Assembly: GCA_964625955.1 (NCBI GenBank)
Contig: CAZVEW010000001.1
Coordinates: forward strand, 1 to 50,358
Source: an uncultured Vicingus sp.
GTDB lineage: Bacteria > Bacteroidota > Bacteroidia > Flavobacteriales_E > Vicingaceae
Length of the DNA stretch: 50,358 nucleotides
Reading direction: 5' to 3'
Of the stretch, positions 8,866-17,314 are shown piece after piece. Position numbers and translations under genes: made by a program. Each line of letters begins with the position of its first letter. The stretch's first letter is position 1. Below the pieces are notes generated by a model. That model searched no databases. It was not told the origin of the DNA and saw only the letters and a program-made list of their open reading frames with translations.

Positions 8866-9453
8866 TTATAAATAAGGATTAAAAATTGTTAACTTGTCGG
8901 ATAGTTTTTTTACACAATAATACAATCTCGATTTTACTGTTCCTTCAGGGCAATCCAAAATAATACTAATCTCTTTAATAGAAAGATGTTGTTGATATCG
9001 TAGTATAAATGTTTCTTTTTTCAACGCATCTAAATTACTAAGTTGTTTGTTAAATTCGTGTTTAAATATATTGTTATCCAATTCAAGAGAATAGCTATTT
9101 CCTGTGTTTGCAGATAAAGCATCTAAATTTAAAGTTGTTGTAATATTGTTTCTGTTTTCATTTTTACGATAATCGTTTTTACACATATTGTAAGCAACAA
9201 CATAAATCCAAGTAGAAAATTTTCTGTTGCTATCAAATGCTTTTGGGTTTTCAATTATTTTTAAGAATAAATTTTGTAAAAAATCATTTGCTTTTTCTTT
9301 GTCGTTATTCAATTTTGAGTAAAAGAAAAACAGCATTTTTTTTGCATAACGATGGTATAATTCATTAAAAGCTTTTTCTTTTCCTTTAACAATAAGTAGC
9401 ATTAGTTCTTCGTCAGAACTAATGCTATAATTATATTTTAAAAACAAAGACAA
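8866..9453 (-). CDS. ECF-type RNA polymerase sigma-70 factor
   Basis: Region 2 (FSTWIYVVAYNMCKNDYRK) and region 4 HTH (LSIKEISIILDCPEGTVKSRLYYCVKKL). The start codon as called is TTG. Confidence 0.85.
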   Translation of the reverse strand: MSLFLKYNYSISSDEELMLLIVKGKEKAFNELYHRYAKKMLFFFYSKLNNDKEKANDFLQNLFLKIIENPKAFDSNRKFSTWIYVVAYNMCKNDYRKNENRNNITTTLNLDALSANTGNSYSLELDNNIFKHEFNKQLSNLDALKKETFILRYQQHLSIKEISIILDCPEGTVKSRLYYCVKKLSDKLTIFNPYL

Positions 9454-9459
9454 GTAAAC

Positions 9460-10035
9460 TTATTCTTCGAAAGAAGTATTAGATGGTTGCTTTAAAATAG
9501 TTCTACCTGTGGGTTTACTATTTTGGTTTACTTCTTTAAATGTAAAATTATCTAACCACACTTCTCCTGTTTTAGTTAATAAAACACCATAATTTATAGT
9601 TGTACTTGTTTTAGGAACATCTAAAATTATCTCATATTTAGTCCACCCAGTTGTTCCTTTAATTCTTCTATCGCCCATGTTATCAAAACTTAAGGTTTTA
9701 CCTTTTTCACCATCAACTCTCATCCACATACCTGCCCAATCAATAACATCTTTTGTTTTAATATATCCCGATAATTTTAACTTTTTGCCTAAATAATTGT
9801 CGGCATCAAAAGTTTGCATTATCGTTCCAAATTTATGTTTAACGTTTTTTATTGATTTTAAATAGGCTACTTTTCCTCCTCTTTGGGCATCATTTACAAT
9901 TCCTATTTGGTATGATTCCCTGTCGCTGCCAGCAACAAACCACCCTTTAACTTGTTCAAGATTAGCTGTTTTAAATGAAAAACATGTAATTGCTATTACT
10001 GCTAATAAAACACTTTTTTTTAATTTAGTTCTCAT
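9460..10035 (-). CDS. Secreted protein, probable beta-sandwich (galactose-binding-like) fold, unknown function
   Basis: Signal peptide and beta-rich sequence (KLSGYIKTKDV..WAGMWMRVDG....GWTKYEIILDVP...INYGVLL..GEVWLDNFTFKEV). It is the first gene of the ECF sigma operon, with a 6-nt gap. Confidence 0.5.
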   Translation of the reverse strand: MRTKLKKSVLLAVIAITCFSFKTANLEQVKGWFVAGSDRESYQIGIVNDAQRGGKVAYLKSIKNVKHKFGTIMQTFDADNYLGKKLKLSGYIKTKDVIDWAGMWMRVDGEKGKTLSFDNMGDRRIKGTTGWTKYEIILDVPKTSTTINYGVLLTKTGEVWLDNFTFKEVNQNSKPTGRTILKQPSNTSFEE

Positions 10036-10287
10036 AATATTATTTTTTAATTTATAAATATGTTGTCAAATCTTAATACACACTAAAAATAAAAACGTTC
10101 AAATTAAATTTAAATTATTTTGTAAACAAACCAATTGACAATGAAAAGAAATTATCATCAAAAAAAATAGTTTACGAGTAAGCTTTAAATTTTATTACCA
10201 TAAGTACATTTAGTTGCTAAAAAAAGTAATCCATCTTTTTATTCAAAATTCATCATTCATCTATTTAAAAATTCCTAATTAGAATTG

Positions 10288-10295
10288 TATATTTG
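10288..10295 (+). promoter_or_regulatory. -7 promoter box TATATTTG
   Basis: Exact TAnnTTTG match 64 nt upstream of the PSP1 ATG. Confidence 0.4.
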
Positions 10296-10358
10296 TTATT
10301 TGAGTATTTTAAGTCAAATTTTACAGCTTAAAATAATAAGCTTTTAATTATAAATTAT

Positions 10359-11543
10359 ATGGGATGTAGTGGTTGTAGCTCTTCCAGAGGTTGTGGAACA
10401 TCATCGAAAGGATGTAAAAGCAAAACAGGAAGTTGTAATAAATTAAATGTTTTTGATTGGTTAAACGATATTGAGCTGCCTCATGGGCAAGAGCCTTTCG
10501 ATTGTGTTGAGGTTCGCTTTAAAAATAGCCGAAAAGAGTTTTACAGAAATACGGCAGCATTAACGCTAAATGTAGGAGATACCATAGCGGTAGAATCTTC
10601 ACCGGGGCACGACATTGGAAGTGTTTCACTAACAGGCGAACTCGTTAAAAAACAAATGCGTAAACGTAAAATTGCTTTCGATGATGAAGCAATAAAAAAA
10701 GTTTATCGTCTTGCCAAAAAATCTGATATTGAAAAATGGGTAGAAGCACAACAATTAGAGATTGATACCATGTACAAAGCAAGAACCATTGCCATAGAGC
10801 TTGGTTTAGCGATGAAAATAAGCGATGTTGAATATCAAGGCGATAAAACAAAAGCTACTTTTTATTACACAGCCGAAGCAAGGGTCGATTTTAGGGAATT
10901 AATTAAACGATTGGCTGGCGAATTTAAAATTCGCATAGAAATGAAACAAATTGGTGTCCGACAAGAAGCCAGCCGTTTAGGAGGAATAGGTTCTTGTGGT
11001 AGAGAATTATGCTGTTCCACTTGGTTAACTGATTTCCGTTCTGTTTCAACATCTGCTGCACGCTACCAACAACTTTCCTTAAACCCTCAAAAATTAGCAG
11101 GGCAATGTGGAAAACTAAAATGCTGTTTAAACTATGAATTAGATAGTTACGTTGATGCCTTAAAAGATTTTCCTGATACAAACATTAAATTAGATACCGC
11201 TAAAGGACAAGCATTTTACAGAAAAATGGACATTTTTAGCAACACCATGTGGTATTCTTACAAAAACGAACCATTAACATTTATCGAACTAAAATTACAT
11301 CGTGTAAACGAAATTATTGAACTCAATAAAAAAGGCGAAAAACCACAAGATTTAAAAGATTTTGAAAGTATAAAAGAAGTGGTTAAAGTACCTAATTACG
11401 AAAATGTTGTCGGTCAGGATAGCCTAACCCGTTTTGATAAACCAAAAAATAGAACTAAAAAGAATAAACGAAGAAATAACAACAGAAATAAAAATAGGAA
11501 CAGGAATAACTCAAATAATAATAAAAACAACAATAAACGATGA
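10359..11543 (+). CDS. PSP1 domain protein (YaaT/RicT-like)
   Basis: Cys-rich N-terminus MGCSGCSSSRGCGTSSKGCKSKTGSCNKLNVFDWL. PSP1 core with GSCGRELCCSTW and GQCGKLKCCLNYE motifs. Basic Asn/Arg/Lys tail. Confidence 0.85.
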   Translation: MGCSGCSSSRGCGTSSKGCKSKTGSCNKLNVFDWLNDIELPHGQEPFDCVEVRFKNSRKEFYRNTAALTLNVGDTIAVESSPGHDIGSVSLTGELVKKQMRKRKIAFDDEAIKKVYRLAKKSDIEKWVEAQQLEIDTMYKARTIAIELGLAMKISDVEYQGDKTKATFYYTAEARVDFRELIKRLAGEFKIRIEMKQIGVRQEASRLGGIGSCGRELCCSTWLTDFRSVSTSAARYQQLSLNPQKLAGQCGKLKCCLNYELDSYVDALKDFPDTNIKLDTAKGQAFYRKMDIFSNTMWYSYKNEPLTFIELKLHRVNEIIELNKKGEKPQDLKDFESIKEVVKVPNYENVVGQDSLTRFDKPKNRTKKNKRRNNNRNKNRNRNNSNNNKNNNKR

Positions 11544-12013
11544 ATTTCTTTAAAATAGAAATCTTACTATTAATTGTAATTTTATTGTTTTCGTGCAACT
11601 CTAATACCATTTACCAAAAATATATTGAAGTTGACAATGCCATTTGGAAAAAAGAAAACATAGCTAAATTTGAATTTACTGCAAAAGATACCATATCGTA
11701 CAATAACATATATATTAAGATAAGAAATAAAGGAGATTATCCTTATAGTAACCTTTATTTATTTGTAAAAATACTCGGTCCGGATAATAATTTTACCATA
11801 GATACAGTTAATTGCATACTGGCAGACAACAGAGGGAGATGGAAAGGCAAAGGAGTTGGCGATTTATGGGATTATAAGCAGCCCTATTTAGGAGGAGTAA
11901 AATTTGCCCACAAAGGCAAATACACCATTTCTTTTGAGCAAGCAATGCGTGTAAAAGATGGATTAAAGGGTATTGCAGACATAGGTTTAAGCATAGAAAA
12001 AGTTAAAAAATAA
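11540..12013 (+). CDS. gldH: Gliding motility lipoprotein GldH
   Basis: Lipobox LLFSC. The body ...YPYSNLYLFVKILGPDN..TIDTVNCILAD..GRWKGKG...KGKYTISFEQAMR resembles F. johnsoniae GldH. An ATGA overlap with PSP1 and a following PBP1A gene match known synteny. Confidence 0.8.
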   Translation: MNFFKIEILLLIVILLFSCNSNTIYQKYIEVDNAIWKKENIAKFEFTAKDTISYNNIYIKIRNKGDYPYSNLYLFVKILGPDNNFTIDTVNCILADNRGRWKGKGVGDLWDYKQPYLGGVKFAHKGKYTISFEQAMRVKDGLKGIADIGLSIEKVKK

Positions 12014-12016
12014 ATT

Positions 12017-14434
12017 TTGACAAAAAAAAGACAAAAAAAAACATCAAAGAAAGTAATCCTAATTTTTTGGATATTTGTTTTTATCCCCTTTATTTTTGTG
12101 AGCCTTTTAATGTGGGGAGCAAAAACAGGATCTTTAGGTTTTGATGATTTACCAGATTTAACCGAATTAGAAAATCCTACAAGCAATTTAGCTTCCGAAA
12201 TAATTACTTCCGACAATAAAATAATAGGAAAATATTTTTTGCAAAATAGAACAAACGTTAAATATAGCGATTTATCACCTCACATCGTTAATGCACTTAT
12301 TGCTACCGAAGACGCAAGATACAGAAGCCACTCTGGTATAGATTTTAGAGGATTAATGAGAGCAGTAATTAATTTAGGTAAAAAAGGAGGAGCAAGCACC
12401 ATTACACAACAATTAGCAAAAATGATGTTTCACGACAGAAAAGGCGGTACGTGGAATAAAATAAAACAAAAATTACAAGAACAAATTATTGCTGTTGAAT
12501 TAGAAAAAAGATACACTAAAAACGAAATTATTGCCATGTATCTTAACCAATTCGATTTTTTAAATAACGCAGTAGGAATAGAATCGGCAAGCCATGTGTA
12601 TTTTAATAAAGCCCCAAAAGATTTAAAAATTCAAGAAGCAGCAATGTTAGTAGGAATGGCAAAAAACCCTTCTCTATTTAATCCTTTAAGGCGTGCCGAT
12701 ACAACACTTCATAGAAGAGAAGTTGTATTGTTTCAAATGAAAAAAGCTGGTTACATTGACAAAGCTCAATATGATTCTTTACGAATAAAACCCCTTGGTT
12801 TAGATTATAAAATTGTTGACCATAAAGAAGGAATTGCACCCTACTTTAGAGAAACATTACGCCTAAAAATTCAAAAATTATTGGCAAAAAAAGATAAACA
12901 AGGGAATTATATCTATACAAAAAAAGACGGAAAACCTTACAATATTTACCGAGATGGATTGAAAATTTATACCACCATTAACTACAAAATGCAAAAATAT
13001 GCCGAATGGGCAGCAAACGAATACATTGCAAAAACATTGCAAAAACAATTTAGCACACACTTAAAAAGATATAGAAAAAGCAAATACCCCTTCGATAGTA
13101 GAATTTCAAAATCGATATTTAAAGCCATAATGAAAAGAAGCGAAAAAAACACCCCTCGTTACAGAATACTCTCAGGAAAAGAATGTGCCAATTGTGGTAG
13201 AAGAGGAAATAGTATAAAAAAAATTGGTAACTTTTATGTTTGTCAAGCCGAAGATTGTGGCTTTAAAACTTATGCTGTAAACCCAGACTCCATTCCTATA
13301 ATCTTTAATAAAAAAATTAAAATGAATGTTTTTACCTATCAAGGAAATATCGATACCACCTTATCTCCAAACGATTCACTTAAATATTACAAAACATTTT
13401 TGCAAACAGGCTTAATGTCGGTAGACCCACACACAGGATATATTAAAGCATGGGTAGGAGGTTTAAATTTTAAACAATTTTCTTACGACCATGTTACAAG
13501 CAGACGACAAGTAGGCTCAACATTTAAACCATTCGTTTATACCGTTGCCATACAAAATGGCTACTCACCATGTTACGAAGTTCCCAATGTTCAATACACC
13601 TTCCATAAAGGAGAATACGGCATTCAAAAAGATTGGACTCCAAAAAATTCTGAAGGAAATTATGATGGCTGTCCAGTTTCATTAAAATTTGCATTAGCTA
13701 ACTCTATGAACACCATAACAGCATGGGTAATGAAACAATTTGGACCAAACGAAATAGTAAAACAAGCCAGAAGAATGGGAATTGTAAGCCCCCTAGACCC
13801 TGTCCCTTCTTTATGTTTAGGTGTTGCCGACTTAAGTGTTTACGAAATGGTAGGTGCCGAGGCCACTTTTGCCAATAAAGGCGTTTACATTGAACCAACC
13901 ATGTTTACAAGGATTGAAGACAAACATGGTAATGTAATTATTGATGTTAACCCTAAGTCTGATGAAGCAATGAGTGAAGAAACGGCCTATGTTATGCTCA
14001 ATTTAATGAAAGGAGTTGTTGATGGCGTATATAACAAATGTAAAGGAAAATCAACAGGCACAGGAATGAGATTAAGAGGTGGCATAACTAAAGCTAGACC
14101 CTATGTTGGACATCATTACCCCATTGCAGGAAAAACAGGAACAACTCAAAACAATTCAGATGGTTGGTTTATGGGGCTAACGCCAGATTTGGTGACAGGT
14201 GTTTGGGTTGGTGCCGATGACAGAAGTGTTAGGTTTGCTACAACAGGAATGGGACAAGGAGCAAACACAGCCTTACCCGTTTGGGGATATTACATGCAAA
14301 AAATAGAAGCCGATTCTACCCTAAGAATAGCTCATGGAGATTTTGAAAAACCAGACAAATCACTCAGTATAGAACTAGATTGTAATAAATACAAATTAGA
14401 AAAAGAAAATCCTTACGGAGATAGAGAATATTAA
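12017..14434 (+). CDS. mrcA: Class A penicillin-binding protein (PBP1A; glycosyltransferase + transpeptidase)
   Basis: GT51 motifs EDARYRSHSGIDF and GASTITQQLAK. Transpeptidase motifs STFKP, SMN and KTGTT. The N-terminal TM anchor precedes the first ATG, so the TTG at 12017 is used. Confidence 0.9.
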   Translation: MTKKRQKKTSKKVILIFWIFVFIPFIFVSLLMWGAKTGSLGFDDLPDLTELENPTSNLASEIITSDNKIIGKYFLQNRTNVKYSDLSPHIVNALIATEDARYRSHSGIDFRGLMRAVINLGKKGGASTITQQLAKMMFHDRKGGTWNKIKQKLQEQIIAVELEKRYTKNEIIAMYLNQFDFLNNAVGIESASHVYFNKAPKDLKIQEAAMLVGMAKNPSLFNPLRRADTTLHRREVVLFQMKKAGYIDKAQYDSLRIKPLGLDYKIVDHKEGIAPYFRETLRLKIQKLLAKKDKQGNYIYTKKDGKPYNIYRDGLKIYTTINYKMQKYAEWAANEYIAKTLQKQFSTHLKRYRKSKYPFDSRISKSIFKAIMKRSEKNTPRYRILSGKECANCGRRGNSIKKIGNFYVCQAEDCGFKTYAVNPDSIPIIFNKKIKMNVFTYQGNIDTTLSPNDSLKYYKTFLQTGLMSVDPHTGYIKAWVGGLNFKQFSYDHVTSRRQVGSTFKPFVYTVAIQNGYSPCYEVPNVQYTFHKGEYGIQKDWTPKNSEGNYDGCPVSLKFALANSMNTITAWVMKQFGPNEIVKQARRMGIVSPLDPVPSLCLGVADLSVYEMVGAEATFANKGVYIEPTMFTRIEDKHGNVIIDVNPKSDEAMSEETAYVMLNLMKGVVDGVYNKCKGKSTGTGMRLRGGITKARPYVGHHYPIAGKTGTTQNNSDGWFMGLTPDLVTGVWVGADDRSVRFATTGMGQGANTALPVWGYYMQKIEADSTLRIAHGDFEKPDKSLSIELDCNKYKLEKENPYGDREY

Positions 14435-14444
14435 ATAATTAATT

Positions 14445-15146
14445 ATGGCTATAAACAAAGTAGTTGCAAACGCAACAGAAGCAACAAAAGGAATTACCGA
14501 TGGAATGACATTAATGTTAGGAGGTTTTGGACTATGCGGAATCCCCGAAAACTGCATCACAGAATTGGTAAAAATGGATATTAAAAACATTACCTGTATA
14601 TCTAATAATGCAGGTGTTGATGATTTTGGTTTAGGCTTATTACTCCAAAAAAAACAAATAAAAAAAATGATATCTTCTTATGTAGGAGAAAATGATGAAT
14701 TTGAACGACAAATGTTAAGCGGAGAATTAGAGGTAGATTTAATACCTCAAGGCTCTTTAGCCGAAAGATGTAGAGCTGGAGGTGCCGGAATTCCTGCTTT
14801 TTTTACGCCCGCTGGTTTTGGCACAGAAATAGCCGAAGATAAAGAAGTAAGAGAATTTAACGGTAAACCACATATTTTAGAAACCGCTTTAACAGCAGAT
14901 TTTGCCATCGTTAAAGCTTGGAAAGGAGACACCGCAGGAAACCTAATATTTAAAGCTACCGCAAGAAACTTTAACCCTATGATGGCAATGGCTGGCAAAA
15001 TTACCATTGCCGAAGTAGAAGAGTTAGTGCCAATAGGAGAATTAGACCCCAACCAAATTCATACACCAGGAATATTTGTACAACGAATTTTTCAAGGAGT
15101 GGATTATGAAAAAAGAATTGAACAACGAACAGTAAGACAAAGATAA
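14445..15146 (+). CDS. scoA: 3-oxoacid CoA-transferase subunit A
   Basis: [17 protein letters not shown] and full-length similarity to the ScoA/AtoD family. Confidence 0.9.
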   Translation: MAINKVVANATEATKGITDGMTLMLGGFGLCGIPENCITELVKMDIKNITCISNNAGVDDFGLGLLLQKKQIKKMISSYVGENDEFERQMLSGELEVDLIPQGSLAERCRAGGAGIPAFFTPAGFGTEIAEDKEVREFNGKPHILETALTADFAIVKAWKGDTAGNLIFKATARNFNPMMAMAGKITIAEVEELVPIGELDPNQIHTPGIFVQRIFQGVDYEKRIEQRTVRQR

Positions 15147-15180
15147 TTTGAAAATGTATTGATTTGAGAATTTGAAAATG
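15142..15180. repeat. 15-nt direct repeat GA(T/G)AATTTGAAAATG, two copies with 24-nt period
   Basis: Copies at 15142-15156 (overlapping the scoA stop TAA) and 15166-15180 (supplying the ATG of the four-helix-bundle gene) are 14/15 identical. Each contains TTGAAAAT. Confidence 0.8.
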
Positions 15181-15531
15181 AGAAACGATAAAGAAAATTT
15201 AATTGTGAATCTAACATTTGATTATGCTATTAAGATTATTGCATTTTCTGAAGAAATTCGTCAATTGAATAGATACGAGATGGCATCACAAATTTTCAGA
15301 AGTGGAACTTCTATCGGAGCAAACATTAGGGAAACTCAAAATGCAGAAAGTAAAGCTGATTTTATTCATAAATTTAAAATTTCAGCAAAAGAAACTGATG
15401 AACTTTTATATTGGCTTCAACTTTGTGAAAAATCAATACATTATCCAACACCAAATGAAGAATTAATTAAAGAATTAAATACTATACATTTGATTATTTC
15501 AAAAATTATCTCTTCTAGCAAGAAGACCTAA
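15178..15531 (+). CDS. Four-helix-bundle protein (23S rRNA intervening-sequence protein / Avd-like, TIGR02436-type)
   Basis: QIFRSGTSIGANIRETQNAESKADFIHKFKISAKETDELLYWLQL is the family signature. The ATG is at 15178 and an alternative TTG is at 15172. Confidence 0.85.
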   Translation: MRNDKENLIVNLTFDYAIKIIAFSEEIRQLNRYEMASQIFRSGTSIGANIRETQNAESKADFIHKFKISAKETDELLYWLQLCEKSIHYPTPNEELIKELNTIHLIISKIISSSKKT

Positions 15532-15554
15532 TTTTCAAATTTTCAAATTTTCAA
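15531..15554. repeat. Tandem repeat (ATTTTCAA)x3, reverse complement of the upstream TTGAAAAT motif
   Basis: Three perfect 8-mers begin at the last base of the stop codon of the four-helix-bundle gene and end 10 nt before the scoB ATG. Confidence 0.85.
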
Positions 15555-15564
15555 ATTTATAATT

Positions 15565-16221
15565 ATGTTAGATAAAACAGGAATCGCAAAAAGAATTGCA
15601 CAAGAATTAAAAAATGGATGGTATGTAAATTTAGGAATTGGCATACCAACATTAGTCGCTAATTATGTTCCTAAAGGTATTACCGTAGAATTTCAATCAG
15701 AAAACGGAATATTAGGAATGGGACCCTTTCCCTATCAAGGAGAAGAAGATGCCGATTTAATAAATGCAGGAAAACAAACCGTTACACTTATGAATGGTGC
15801 TTCCATTTTTGATTCAGCAACTAGTTTTGCTATGATTCGTGGACAACACGTTCAATTAACCGTTTTAGGTGCAATGGAAGTTGCTCAAAATGGTGATATT
15901 GCCAATTGGAAAATCCCCGGCAGAATGGTTAAAGGAATGGGTGGGGCTATGGATTTAGTAGCTTCTGCCGAAAACATAATTGTTGCCATGATGCACACCA
16001 ATAAAAAAGGAGAAAGCAAACTACTACCATCTTGCTCTTTACCCTTAACAGGTGTAGGTTGTGTTACAAAAATAGTAACCAATTTAGCCGTACTAGAAAT
16101 AAAAGACGGTGCTTTTCATTTATTAGAAAGAGCCCCTAGCGTTACCGTAGAAGAAATTAAAACCGCAACGGCAGGTAAACTTATCATAGACGGAGAAATC
16201 CCTGAAATGAAGATTGATTAA
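15565..16221 (+). CDS. scoB: 3-oxoacid CoA-transferase subunit B
   Basis: YVNLGIGIPT, SENG.LG and MVKGMGGAMDLV motifs of ScoB/AtoA. Confidence 0.9.
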   Translation: MLDKTGIAKRIAQELKNGWYVNLGIGIPTLVANYVPKGITVEFQSENGILGMGPFPYQGEEDADLINAGKQTVTLMNGASIFDSATSFAMIRGQHVQLTVLGAMEVAQNGDIANWKIPGRMVKGMGGAMDLVASAENIIVAMMHTNKKGESKLLPSCSLPLTGVGCVTKIVTNLAVLEIKDGAFHLLERAPSVTVEEIKTATAGKLIIDGEIPEMKID

Positions 16222-16245
16222 GAAAAATTCTACCCTACTTCTTAT

Positions 16246-16280
16246 AAAAAAGGCTATCTACAAATTAGATAGCCTTTTTT
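16246..16280. terminator. Bidirectional rho-independent terminator
   Basis: Perfect 10-bp stem AGGCTATCTA / TAGATAGCCT with loop CAAAT. An A-run lies on one side and a T-run on the other. It sits between convergent scoB and the PorP/SprF gene. Confidence 0.75.
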
Positions 16281-16300
16281 AGAACTAAAGTGATTTATTA

Positions 16301-17296
16301 TTAATAAATGCTAGGTGCAGAATCAACACCTTTTTTTGCTGCTTGATCTATACTAAATGATAAAGTTATTTCATGGGCATTTAAACCAGCAATATAATTA
16401 CTCATACTTTGGTTAATAATGTCATAACTATAAGCTAACGAAAATTTAGAAATGTTTAATCCTAACATGGCAGCATAGGCATTATTTGTTTTATACCAAC
16501 CACCTAACTTAATACTTGCTTTATCACTTACATGATAATCAACATAAGTTCCTATGGCAAATATTTGGCTGTTTGCCTGATTAAAGTACCTCACATTTGG
16601 TGTAAAATCTAATTTAGCATCATCACCTTTTATTTTAACTCCAACTTGAACCGAATAAAGCGTAGGTAAGTTACCATTGCCATTAATATAAGTCTCGTTA
16701 ATAGAGTTTAAATGGTAACCTGAAACGCCAAAATAGCCATTCAGTTTGCTATCTTTTTCATTAAAATACCACATTAAACCAGCATTTAAATCAAAAAAGG
16801 AGATTTTATTGTTAGCAATAACTGCATTGGTAGGGTTGGAGGCACTATAATTGCCTAACACATATTGGTCATCAAAAGTTAATGTACCAACATCAAGCGT
16901 TTTTTGGATATAATCGCCCAAAACAGAAAAACTAACATAGCCCGAATTTGATGTTTTTAATCTATAGCCTATTGCCAAACCAGCATCTAAATTATTAAAA
17001 GCTCCTGCTTGGTCGTTAACTATATTTAAACCTAAATCAATTTTACGGTTATTGCCTTTTACAAATAAAGGGAATAGTGTTGTAAATGAACCTGTTGTAT
17101 ATCCATTACCTACGCCAGACCATTGTGTTCTGTAATTAGCAATAAATTTTAAATCATTATTCATTCCCATATATGCTGGGTTTAATTTTAAAGGATTTGA
17201 ATAGAATCCTTGCGTGTATTTGGCTTCTTGTGCATTGCTCTGTAAGCATAAAATGGACAAAAAAACGACAAACGATATTTTATTTAATGTTTTCAT
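16301..17296 (-). CDS. PorP/SprF-family T9SS outer-membrane protein
   Basis: Signal peptide plus YSNPLKLNPAYMGMNNDLKFIANYRTQWSGV, the family opening motif. Beta-barrel-like remainder. It lies 18 nt downstream of a type-B CTD gene. Confidence 0.85.
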   Translation of the reverse strand: MKTLNKISFVVFLSILCLQSNAQEAKYTQGFYSNPLKLNPAYMGMNNDLKFIANYRTQWSGVGNGYTTGSFTTLFPLFVKGNNRKIDLGLNIVNDQAGAFNNLDAGLAIGYRLKTSNSGYVSFSVLGDYIQKTLDVGTLTFDDQYVLGNYSASNPTNAVIANNKISFFDLNAGLMWYFNEKDSKLNGYFGVSGYHLNSINETYINGNGNLPTLYSVQVGVKIKGDDAKLDFTPNVRYFNQANSQIFAIGTYVDYHVSDKASIKLGGWYKTNNAYAAMLGLNISKFSLAYSYDIINQSMSNYIAGLNAHEITLSFSIDQAAKKGVDSAPSIY

Positions 17297-17314
17297 AGCT
17301 TAAATTTTTAAAAA

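Noticed and set aside
10325-10346. Hairpin AGCTTA-N6-TAAGCT followed by TTTT in the PSP1 5' leader, considered as an attenuator.
   Set aside because: It is only a 6-bp AT-rich stem and I recognise no associated leader peptide or riboswitch-like conserved core.
11437-11540. The Asn/Arg/Lys-rich tail of PSP1 (NRTKKNKRRNNNRNKNRNRNNSNNNKNNNKR), considered as a repeat element.
   Set aside because: It is a compositional low-complexity tail in an AT-rich genome, in frame with a well-supported gene.
15178-15531. The four-helix-bundle gene as the Avd component of a diversity-generating retroelement.
   Set aside because: No reverse transcriptase gene and no template/variable repeat pair is visible anywhere in the window. 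The IVS-like cassette reading fits the flanking repeats better.
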